From Candidatus Hermodarchaeota archaeon (lineage in GTDB: Archaea; Asgardarchaeota; Thorarchaeia; Thorarchaeales; Thorarchaeaceae): a stretch of 64,000 nt of DNA. The notes under the pieces were generated by a model. That model did not search any database. It had not been told where the DNA came from and saw only the letters and a list, made by a program, of their open reading frames with translations. How positions within the stretch are numbered: the first letter of the stretch is position 1; every line of letters starts with the position of its first letter. Of the stretch, positions 18,887 through 28,000 are shown piece by piece. The stretch lies in the NCBI GenBank assembly GCA_048885865.1, contig JBHLLF010000008.1:1-64000 (forward strand). The letters run 5' to 3'. Both the position numbers and the translations under genes were made by a program.

Positions 18887-19873
18887 ATGGAGCTTGCGTG
18901 GTGCAATCTGTTGACTAGTAAGATGACTGAAATGCAGCAAAAGGTCCTTGCATTAAAGAAAGAATGCAATGCATTGCTTCTGGCACATAATTATCAACCA
19001 ATGGAAATTCAAGAGGTTGCCGATTTCGTGGGTGATTCTCTGCAACTTGCCAGAAAGTCGGCTGAAGTCAGTGGCTATGACATGATTATCTTCGCAGGTG
19101 TCAAGTTTATGGCTGAGATGGCGGCAGTGCTCAATGATAAGACTCCTGTTTATATCCCTGCAACTGATGCGATTTGCCCATTGGCAGCCTGGGTCAGCGC
19201 TGATAAGGTGAGAGCTCTAAAGGAGAAGTACCCCGATGCTCCAGTGGTGGTCTATGTCAACACGACCGCAGAAACAAAATCAGTATCTGACGTTATTTGT
19301 ACATCAGGAAATGCGGTGAAAGTTGTATCAGCTCTGGGCGTAGCCAGAGTTCTATTCGGACCTGACAAAAACCTCGCTGATTATGTGCGTCGTCAGACTG
19401 GGGTGGAGCTGATTGATCTTGAGCCCAGAGGCCATTGCTATGTTCATCAGCAGTTCGACATTGCTCAAATAGAACTGCTTCGAGAGGAATATCCTGAAGC
19501 TGTAGTCATCGTTCATCCAGAATGCCCTGAAGAGGTTCAGGCTGCCGCGGATATTGTTGGGTCAACTGGAGCCATGGTCAAGATAGTGGCGGAATCAGCT
19601 GACGACACATTTGTCATCGCTACTGAGTTAGGACTGATAGAACAACTTCAGGCGAAACATCCGGATAAGAAGATTATCCCCGCCTACGAGCGAGCTGTCT
19701 GTCGCCAAATGAAGAAGAACAGCTTGGAAAAGGTCTTGCGAGTACTGGAAGAGCGGCCGGAGGAGAATCTTGTCACAGTTCCTGAGGAGATGATAGGGCA
19801 CATCCAAGAGATTCTGAACCAAATGAGTCGAGCACCAGATGCGAAATTTGCTGAAGCATCGGCATCTGACTGA
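18887..19873 (+). CDS. nadA: Quinolinate synthase
   Basis: LLAHNYQ, GDSL.LA, GVKFMAE, YVNT.AE.K, CTSGNA, PDKNL, HCYVH, HPEC, GST and C..MK, with three Fe-S cysteines. Confidence 0.96.
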   Translation: MELAWCNLLTSKMTEMQQKVLALKKECNALLLAHNYQPMEIQEVADFVGDSLQLARKSAEVSGYDMIIFAGVKFMAEMAAVLNDKTPVYIPATDAICPLAAWVSADKVRALKEKYPDAPVVVYVNTTAETKSVSDVICTSGNAVKVVSALGVARVLFGPDKNLADYVRRQTGVELIDLEPRGHCYVHQQFDIAQIELLREEYPEAVVIVHPECPEEVQAAADIVGSTGAMVKIVAESADDTFVIATELGLIEQLQAKHPDKKIIPAYERAVCRQMKKNSLEKVLRVLEERPEENLVTVPEEMIGHIQEILNQMSRAPDAKFAEASASD

Positions 19874-19877
19874 AGGA

Positions 19878-20537
19878 TTAATCGGAAATGAGTTCAAGAA
19901 TCTCTTTCAATTCGAGGAGATTCGAGATTACGTGGCCACTATGACCAGCCTGAATGAAATCGTCCTTGTTGAACATCCCCTCAAGTGCAACAAATTGTGT
20001 GTGATCTTTTGATCTTTCATAGTCCTTTAGCGAATCGCCAATGAACACAACATCGCTTAACGGAATATTATAATTGTCACGCACATGGTTGAAGTGATGA
20101 GCTCCCTTCTCGAATCCAGGTCTGTAGCCAAGAATCTCAGTGAAGAGCTCAGTCATACAAAGTCGATTGAAGTATTCAGTTATTGTACTCTGAAAAGTTG
20201 ACGATGATACGAACAGATTGAATCCCTTCAGTTTCAGTTGAGTTACTACACCCTTTGCTTCTGGAAAGAGTGCCTGCTCATAGATACGACTAATCTTCAA
20301 TTTCTCGAATATGTCAATGGCTTCCTCATTCGCTTTATGATCAGGAAAATTCAGTTTGATTTGATGCTCATAAGGAAGTCCTGTGGTGGACTTGTAGCGT
20401 TCCGCTGCCTCCTTCTTGGAAACGCCATAGAACTTCATCATGACTTCCACGCCTATCTCTGCCAGGAATGGCATGCTATCGGCAAGGGTCCCATCGAAGT
20501 CAAAGATCACGGCTCTGCATCGAAGCTTATCAGTCAT
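19878..20537 (-). CDS. HAD superfamily hydrolase (subfamily IA)
   Basis: IFDFDGTLADS (motif I), VSS (II), K (III), FIGDSLKD (IV). Confidence 0.9.
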   Translation of the reverse strand: MTDKLRCRAVIFDFDGTLADSMPFLAEIGVEVMMKFYGVSKKEAAERYKSTTGLPYEHQIKLNFPDHKANEEAIDIFEKLKISRIYEQALFPEAKGVVTQLKLKGFNLFVSSSTFQSTITEYFNRLCMTELFTEILGYRPGFEKGAHHFNHVRDNYNIPLSDVVFIGDSLKDYERSKDHTQFVALEGMFNKDDFIQAGHSGHVISNLLELKEILELISD

Positions 20538-20583
20538 CGTTTCTATCGCCCTGTGCTTTGCTTTAGATGATTTCGGTTCAATC

Positions 20584-21108
20584 TCATTTCTTCTGATTAT
20601 TGTAGTCTGCTATACATCGATTGATCGTTTGATAGGCATCGCCAAGCTCTTTGAACTTCTTTATCTCAGTGTGGCCTCCTTCCTGAATCTTGTAAGTTGC
20701 ATAAAACTGAGTCAGCTCCTCCATCTGACTCTTTGGCAAGTCCAAGATTGTCTTGATGTCACGGTAGTATGGGTCCTTCATGGGGACCGCAATTATCTTG
20801 TCATCTATTCTGCCCATGTCATCCATTTCCATGATGCCGATTGGTCTTGCATGGACCAAGCATGCAGTAAAGGTGGGTTGGTTGATTAGCAGAACTACAT
20901 CCAATGGGTCACCATCATGGTCAAGGGTCTGTGGGATGAATCCGTAGTCAAAAGGACTGAATGTATACAACACTCTGTCTAGCCTGAAGATGTTGAAATC
21001 TGAGTCATATTCATACTTGTTCTTGCTTGCTTTGGTCAGCTCAATGACTACATAGATCTCGCTTGGAGGTTCTGGCCCCGGTGGAATGTCATGCAAGTAG
21101 TTTGTCAT
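20584..21108 (-). CDS. ppa: Soluble inorganic pyrophosphatase (family I)
   Basis: KNKYEYD, LDRVL, YGFIPQT, DGDPLDV, DDKIIAVP, FYATYK. Confidence 0.95.
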   Translation of the reverse strand: MTNYLHDIPPGPEPPSEIYVVIELTKASKNKYEYDSDFNIFRLDRVLYTFSPFDYGFIPQTLDHDGDPLDVVLLINQPTFTACLVHARPIGIMEMDDMGRIDDKIIAVPMKDPYYRDIKTILDLPKSQMEELTQFYATYKIQEGGHTEIKKFKELGDAYQTINRCIADYNNQKK

Positions 21109-21220
21109 TCTAATCGACCACGAAGGATGAGTGCTGCATCCCTATTGAGCGTTGCCCATGACCGACAAGGCTTTTTGCAGAGACTGTTTTCTGAGTGACA
21201 ACAACTTGAGGTGACCTCAT

Positions 21221-21769
21221 TTGGCAAAGAAAGAAGCTGGAGAATCTATTGATGTGGGTTCGCTCTTTAGGGGGACCGCCACAATTACGTTCGTTGTCGA
21301 GATTGTTTCAGCAATCATGCTACTTGGATCGAGCATTGCTTTCCTCTTACGTGATCAACCCTGGCTGCAAGACCTTACGTTTGATTGGGCTATATTCCTT
21401 CTTCTCCTAGCCTCCATTATCACACTATTCTTCTTCCTGGGTGCGATTGGCTTCTTTGTCAGATTCAATCGACGAGTAACAAGAGCAGTCATGAGTGATG
21501 ATATTGGCAGTGTTGACCTTAGCATGCCTCGTGTTCGCACAGTTGTATTCATCTATGGCGTGGGGGCAGGTCTCATTCTGGTCTTAGGCACTTATGGGTA
21601 TTATCTGATTTACAAGTACTATTTTGCAGCGCTTGCTGCGACCTCATTGAGCTTCTTTGGAATGACACTTTCGCTTGGGATTTTCATTGTTGCTTTCCTA
21701 GTTCAGATAGTTGTCGCTGGCCTCGGAAGAACTGCTGCTTCAATGATAAGAACTATTCTCAACGAGTGA
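21221..21769 (+). CDS. Hypothetical 4-TM membrane protein
   Basis: Four hydrophobic segments and a GAGGTGA SD before TTG. Confidence 0.7.
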   Translation: MAKKEAGESIDVGSLFRGTATITFVVEIVSAIMLLGSSIAFLLRDQPWLQDLTFDWAIFLLLLASIITLFFFLGAIGFFVRFNRRVTRAVMSDDIGSVDLSMPRVRTVVFIYGVGAGLILVLGTYGYYLIYKYYFAALAATSLSFFGMTLSLGIFIVAFLVQIVVAGLGRTAASMIRTILNE

Positions 21770-21841
21770 GGTTCTTCGTGACAATACATACGTGAAGATT
21801 ATATTTGAAACAGGATTCGTCGAGTGCACAGGTGTGAACTG

Positions 21842-23026
21842 ATGTCAGAACGGGAGTCGGGACAATTCAAGAAGCCTGCATATTGGCAACTTGCATACCT
21901 GATAGGATTCATCATTGTCGGATCGATGCTAAGTCTTGAGTTCCTTGGAGCTCCTCTCCCTCACGATATTGTTGCTTGGGTGGAGCTACTTGGTGGTGTT
22001 CTACTTATCGGAGGTGCTTGTGAAGCCTTTGTCATTTCGGTTGAAGGCATCGCTCACAACTTCAATCTCACCGATTATGTTTCCGGCATCTATGCGAGTC
22101 TGGCCAGCACAATTCCCGAGCTTTCAGTCATCATCTTCTTGCTTCTGGCGCAACAGTTCGAGATGGCTTGGGTACTAGCCCTGGCTACGATATTCATGAA
22201 CTCGCTTGTATTCGCATTATACACTCTGATTCTACCCAAGGACGAGCAAGGCAATTTCAGACTGCCAGACGCAATCATGTGGGTTGGATCAGACCTGCTG
22301 ACTATGGGTTCGGTCATCAGCCTTGCAGTGGGATTATCAATGCTTCTTGTGGGAGTCTTTCCAATTGGTGAGGCTGGTTTCAGTCTAACTCATCTCCAAG
22401 CAGGAGAATTGGTGGTGTTTGGGCTTTGTCTACTTCTAGTATTCGTAGCATATCTCTTCACTATAACCAAATACTATGGCAAGACCGAGGAGCCTATAGA
22501 CCATGATGGAGATGATGAGGGAGTGATATATCATCATCTCAGCAAATCAAAACTGGCAACCTATCTCATTGTTGCCTCTGCTGGAGCATTGCTCGGCGGT
22601 GAGGCACTCTCAAGCTTCGCTAACTTCGCATCAGGCGCTGAAGGCCTGAATCTCTCCTTTATTCACACAGCACTGCTGCTGGTCCTCTTCGGCGGAACAC
22701 CTGAATACATTATCGTCGCCAGTAGCCACAGAAAGGAGGAGATTGAGGTTGCACTCTCAAATGCCTTTGGCGGCATTGTCCAGGTGTTCTTTGTGATATT
22801 CGGATTCACTCTCCTCGGCTCGGGTATCATAGGATTTGCGTTGAACATTCAAGATGTTGTGCCGATAGATTTGTTCTCTGTGGTATTGCTGTTCTTCGCT
22901 TTCCCCTCAATGTTTCTCTTGCGACAGATGATTACTGATGACGCCAGTGTTAACGCCTTAGAATCAATCGCAATGATAGCAGTCTTCATCATGATGCTCT
23001 ATATCCTATTGATGTATGGGGTCTAG
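21842..23026 (+). CDS. Ca2+/cation antiporter (CaCA family)
   Basis: About 10-11 TM helices, alpha-repeats ASTIPE...IFMNSL and GGTPE...SNAFGG, and an acidic/His central loop DHDGDDEG..YHH. Confidence 0.8.
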   Translation: MSERESGQFKKPAYWQLAYLIGFIIVGSMLSLEFLGAPLPHDIVAWVELLGGVLLIGGACEAFVISVEGIAHNFNLTDYVSGIYASLASTIPELSVIIFLLLAQQFEMAWVLALATIFMNSLVFALYTLILPKDEQGNFRLPDAIMWVGSDLLTMGSVISLAVGLSMLLVGVFPIGEAGFSLTHLQAGELVVFGLCLLLVFVAYLFTITKYYGKTEEPIDHDGDDEGVIYHHLSKSKLATYLIVASAGALLGGEALSSFANFASGAEGLNLSFIHTALLLVLFGGTPEYIIVASSHRKEEIEVALSNAFGGIVQVFFVIFGFTLLGSGIIGFALNIQDVVPIDLFSVVLLFFAFPSMFLLRQMITDDASVNALESIAMIAVFIMMLYILLMYGV

Positions 23027-23088
23027 CTAATCATCTTCATGTTGCTCTATGCTCCGCTCACAAATGGGCTTTCCCTTTGTCTTTGTCT

Positions 23089-23325
23089 TCAGTAGTGCCT
23101 GTACTCTCCCAGGACCTGAACTTTCGTGATACATTCGATTAGCACGAACTCAACAGCCTCGTCCTTGTCATGATGCCGAATTCCAACGACATCGTCACCC
23201 ACGAAGTCAATAAATCCTTCAGCCAATATCGTCATGCCATGGCTATAGAACCTAATGCGGTCTCCTGACTTAGCAGCTTCAATCAAAATGGTCCTGAGAG
23301 TGGAGTCCCTCTCAAATTCCGACAT
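23089..23325 (-). CDS. Small hypothetical protein, possibly with an Sm/SH3-like beta-barrel
   Basis: An N-terminal helix followed by beta strands ..EGFIDFVGDDVVGI......EFVLIECITKV. Confidence 0.6.
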   Translation of the reverse strand: MSEFERDSTLRTILIEAAKSGDRIRFYSHGMTILAEGFIDFVGDDVVGIRHHDKDEAVEFVLIECITKVQVLGEYRHY

Positions 23326-23426
23326 GTCTAGGAATATGTTGCTTAATTGTGATAAGCATTAGGTCTTAACGCAACTCTCTTAACTCATGAGTATATGAGG
23401 TATGGCAATTCGATGGAGATTGACCA

Positions 23427-23702
23427 ATGAAATACATCATGTTTTGGGAATACGATTCTGGAGACCATAATGTTGTGATGGACAAGCTCAAGGAGTTCCG
23501 TGCAATCGTGAAGAAGAATCCGGACCAACATGCAAAGTTCATCTCAAAGAACTACACCATGGTGGATGGCCCGGAGGGCTTTCAACTAGTTGAAACTGAG
23601 AATCCGGAGCACCTTGTCAAGATTACACGTCATTACAATCCAGAGGTTAGTTTCAGATTCGCTCCCATTGTTGAACTTGAAAAGGTTGACCAGAAAATCT
23701 AA
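23427..23702 (+). CDS. Small ferredoxin-like-fold protein (DUF3303-like)
   Basis: MKYIMFWE...GFQLVETENPE.L......Y.PE..F.F.PI pattern and a GGAG SD. Confidence 0.65.
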   Translation: MKYIMFWEYDSGDHNVVMDKLKEFRAIVKKNPDQHAKFISKNYTMVDGPEGFQLVETENPEHLVKITRHYNPEVSFRFAPIVELEKVDQKI

Positions 23703-23713
23703 TTGAGAATTGC

Positions 23714-23745
23714 GAGCCCCCGGTCTCTTCCAGAGCCGGCGGCTC
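23714..23745. terminator. GC-rich hairpin between convergent genes
   Basis: GAGCC-c-CCGG-t-CTCT-tcc-AGAG-CCGG-c-GGCTC. Confidence 0.5.
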
Positions 23746-23768
23746 AACATTTCTATTTCGCACGAAAT

Positions 23769-24965
23769 CTAGATGATACCCACTCTTTTACCTACTTTCT
23801 CATAGGCTGCTAGAGAGACATCGAGCTGTTCCATGGTCAGTCCGCTGTTCATCATGTTGCGGATTCGAGCCTTGTCACGAGCAACCATTGGGAACACAAT
23901 TGGAAGAGCAAGTATCCCCTCATCCATCAGTCCGTTGCTGAGTTCTACCGCTTTAGAGCTTTCGCCGCACATAGCTGGAATAATAGGTGTCTGGCTGGCA
24001 CCGGTATCAAAGCCCATCTGCTGTAGCCCCTTAACGAAGTATTCTCTATTCTCCCAGAGAGTCTTCACGTGCTCCTCCTCAGTTTCTAAGACGTCTATTG
24101 CTGCAATACAGGCTGCAGCAGTGGCCGGTGGATGAGATGCGCTCAAAAGCCATGATCTGCTCTTATTTAGAGCGTAGTTGACCATGTCCTGACTGCCTGA
24201 AACGTGTCCTCCCATTACCCCAAATGCTTTACTAAACGTTCCCATTTCCATATGAACATCGTGATGTGTTAGGTTGAAATGAGAAACAATTCCTCGGCCA
24301 CCCTTACCCAACACGGCTTCTCCGTGTGCATCATCTACATAGACCATCGCACCATGTTCCTTCGCGAGTTTCGCGATTCCATCAAGAGGCGCTATGTCCC
24401 CATCCATTGAGAATACACCGTCAGTGATGATGAGTATTTTTGGAGGGTTCTCCTTCTCTGCATCCTGTAGGACTTTTTCAAGGTGTCCTACATCATTGTG
24501 GTTATACACGAATCGGGTAGCTTTAGTAAGCCTGACTCCATCAATGATACTACCATGATTCAACTCGTCTGAAACGATTGCATCTCCCTTTTCCACAAGC
24601 TGTGGTATTAGACCCTCATTGGCTGTGAAGCCTGCGCTATATGTAAGGGCTGCCTCTGCTCCCTTGAATTTTGCGAGTCGGCGCTCAAGTTCAATATGTA
24701 AATCCATGGTTCCAGCAATCGCGCGGACTGAACCAGACCCTGCGCCGTGTGTTTCAATCGCCTTCATTGCAGCCTCCTTGATCTTGGGGTGATTGGTCAG
24801 GTTCAGGTAGTTGTTACTACAAAGCATGATGACATCTTTGCCATCAACCTTCGCCCTCGGGGTGCTTGGTCCCTGCAGTTCTCTAATCTTCCAATCAAGG
24901 TTGGCCTCAACTAGCTTGAGATATTCTTCCTTCATCCATCCTATGGGGTTTCTCATTACATTCAC
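23769..24965 (-). CDS. kbl: Glycine C-acetyltransferase / 8-amino-7-oxononanoate synthase family (PLP-dependent alpha-oxoamine synthase)
   Basis: CSNNYL, GAGSGSVR.I.GT, SDELNHGSIIDG.RL, TDGVFSMDGDIAPL, DDAHG, GTFSKAFG (PLP lysine), FPMV...KARIR. Confidence 0.85.
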   Translation of the reverse strand: MNVMRNPIGWMKEEYLKLVEANLDWKIRELQGPSTPRAKVDGKDVIMLCSNNYLNLTNHPKIKEAAMKAIETHGAGSGSVRAIAGTMDLHIELERRLAKFKGAEAALTYSAGFTANEGLIPQLVEKGDAIVSDELNHGSIIDGVRLTKATRFVYNHNDVGHLEKVLQDAEKENPPKILIITDGVFSMDGDIAPLDGIAKLAKEHGAMVYVDDAHGEAVLGKGGRGIVSHFNLTHHDVHMEMGTFSKAFGVMGGHVSGSQDMVNYALNKSRSWLLSASHPPATAAACIAAIDVLETEEEHVKTLWENREYFVKGLQQMGFDTGASQTPIIPAMCGESSKAVELSNGLMDEGILALPIVFPMVARDKARIRNMMNSGLTMEQLDVSLAAYEKVGKRVGII

Positions 24966-25089
24966 CGAAGTCCTACTTAGATTTATGACCTGAGTCGTCG
25001 TTTTCAGATTCGGTTCGCGAAAAATCAGCTATATATGCCCTTCGTTAGGCAATGCAATCTCTGCAGCAGGACTTTGGAGTCGTATCAGT

Positions 25090-28000
25090 CTATTTCTTCT
25101 CCCTTTCTGCGTCGATGCTATCAAGAAGATCTTGCACAAGAGCTTTAGGTAGGTTCTTTGCCTGTGCGACTATTGCCTCAATCTCCACTGCTGGAATCTT
25201 TCTCTTCTTGAGTTCATTGCGCAAATCTTCTACTTCCATCTCGCCAAGGGTGTCCTCGAACTCGATCTCCTCTGCAACTGAAACTGGAGCTGTTTCCTCA
25301 ACCTGTTTGATGAAATCAGCAGCCATTTCTTTAGGCACAGTCTTTGCCTGCTCAATTATTGCATCTATCTCATGCTCAGGAGTGCCTTTGATGAAAAGAC
25401 GGCCTCTTAAGGCAACAAGATCATCCTCAGACATGGTTTCAACGGGCTCTTTCTTCTTCTTTGCCCTCTTAGTTTCCTGCTCATGCCTGAATCCCTTAAG
25501 TAGCTCCATAGCTAGTGCTCTTGGGACTTCTCGTGCTTGCTCTAGAATCTTGTCGATTTCCTTTACGCTAGCACCTTCATCTGCAAGCTGCTGTCTGAGC
25601 ATCTCGATCTCCATATCGCTGAGTTTTGCCGTATCTACCTCAGTTTCATGCATGTCAACAGCTGAACCAAAGCTCTTGAGAAGCATCTCAGCCACATCCT
25701 TGGGCAAGCCTCTGGCCTGACTAATCACGGCATCAACCTCATGCATTGGAAGGCCTCTTTCAAGAAGGCCTGTTTTCATCTCCTGCAATTCCTTCTCACT
25801 GAGATGATCTTCGTCCACAGCGGGCTTCTCAATTGGAGCAAACAGAGCTGCTTCTTCAGCTTCAATATCAAAGCCAGGAAGCACGGTGCGTGTGGCTTCG
25901 CCGCCTATTCTCCTCTGGCGCTCCAACCGAACATCTTCCAACACCTGCTCAAATGACTTCTCTTCTGCTTGGGCAACTCTAGGGACTTCCTGCTTAATGA
26001 CTTCAGCAATGAAGTTGGTCTGCTGACTCATCTTCATCTTGGAGAGATCTCGTCGGAAGTCATCAATTTCCTCCGGAGTCATGTCTGTCAAAATGGCCAA
26101 GTCTAGGAGAAGCTGCTCAATCTCGGGGACATCGACAGTCACCGACTCGGGAGGTATCATCTCTGGCTTCTTGTCGATTTTCAAGTCTTCAGTGAGCTCT
26201 CTGAACAACTGTGCTATTAGCTCTGATCTGCTCAATACTTCTCCTGCTGGCTTCGGGACGCGCCTTCTTCGCAGACTTCTGATTTGAGCGCTCAGTGTAC
26301 GAATAATCTTTGGTACTCTGATAACTCGTACCCACACAATGGCGCTGAGGAGGATGATGAGTGTGAATGCACTTCCTAATGTCATAGCTGTCTGCATCAT
26401 GATGTCCGCATCAGACGGACTGATGGAGATTGTCAATACAACATTGCTTGATACATAATTCGACTTATTGAAGTGTATTGTGACCTCGATGACACCAGGT
26501 GTTGAAGCGCTGACCACTCTGAATTGATACAATCCAGGATTAACTGCATCTTCTCTACTGAACTCAATTATCGCCAAATCAGGATCATCACTAGTGATTA
26601 TGATAGTGGCTGTAGCACCGGGGATTCCTATGCCGCCATGTCCAGGCCAAATGTCAGAATATTGGACCCAGAATGTGGTTTCATTGCTGTAGGAAAGCGA
26701 GAATATTGATGGACCTAGAATCTCTGCTGTTGTTGGAATTTCAACAATGGTGACTACAAATGTAAGGGCTGCTGTTGAATAGTTCTCCAAAGAGAAGCGA
26801 ATGCTGAATTCGAACTCCGAATATAGTGTCCCCTGAGTGGTGTCAAACACGAATGAGTAGCTCCCACCCTCCCCAGCTATTAGACTCAAAGGCTCCTCGA
26901 AGAAGCCAGGTCCTGAATAAACCGACTTATTGAATATGGCACCGGGCACTCCACATGAATCCCAGGTGTTGTTGAAGAGGAGAACAACATTCAGGACATC
27001 TCCGTAAGGCACTTGAAGTTGCTCCCAGGTATCTCCTATCCGATATTCATCAGGTAGGTTGACCACTATTTCTGTGGGTACTGGGGCTATGCTTAATGCG
27101 ATTGTCAGCTGTTGGTCATTGTAGTTTATCTTCTGGAAGCCAACTGTGATTCGATATGTCCCTGGCCTAACTGTACTGGTGTTCAAAGGAACTCCATAGA
27201 CCCCATTACCGAAATCAAATGGTGCCCCAAAGCCTCCCGCCCACTGATATGTCGCTACATCTGCATCTATTCCCACACCATGGTATGTATTGAAGTATGT
27301 GAAGTTGATGTATCCAGTCCAGCCCCATACAACCTCTGGGGAGCCTGGGGATTGTATGACGGCAGGAAGGTTGTCAACAAGGACTATTGTCGAATTTTCA
27401 GCATCTGTATAGTCACTACTAGGCGGTTCCGCGGATATGACGAAATTATGAACTGAAGCGGTGCTATCACTAGTGTTGAAGAAGAAGAAGTAGTATCCTG
27501 GTCCTCCAATAAGTGAACCATTCAAGAGAGTTCCATTCAAGCCAAGTTCCGGTGAGAACCATCTTACTATGCAATTAGAGAGCCCAGTCGCGTAAGGATC
27601 CGAAGAATTCAATGCAGGTGCTAGCACGTAAACTCCAATTCTGACAGCCTCCGACCAATAGACGGGAGTGTATTCGTATGCAGCTGTAGCAGTATCAAGC
27701 CACACCTCCAAATTAATCTTGGAAACGCTCATGCTGATAGTGACAGTTGCATTCGCATAGTTTTCCTTGAAGGCAGAAACATGTATCTCATAGGTGCCAA
27801 ATGTTGCACCAATGGTGGGCATAATGATTGAGTAATATCCTGGTTGTCCGGGCACTTCTGCCAGAGTCAGGTTTGCAAATTCCCATCTCGCTGAAACATT
27901 AGCGTCCATTACCATGCCCCCAGATTCAGAATCCTCAAGGTATACAACTATTGATGCTTGTCCTCCATAGTCCACCGTGAAGAAATATCTGCTATCTTCG

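Noticed and set aside
23340-23392. Short palindromes TGCTTA-N7-TAAGCA and ACTCATGAGT in a divergent intergenic region
   Set aside because: They are single, short and AT-rich, with no adjacent regulator or second copy, so they are compatible with chance.
23714-23745. Hairpin as a SECIS element
   Set aside because: Neither flanking gene has an in-frame UGA and no SECIS core is evident. Its position between convergent genes fits a terminator or stability hairpin.
25052-25720. 222-aa plus-strand ORF, and similar ORFs such as 59071..59511, 36922..37371 and 20440..20889
   Set aside because: These are antisense shadows of well-supported genes, with Ser-rich composition mirroring the Glu/Lys/Leu codons on the coding strand and no recognisable motifs.
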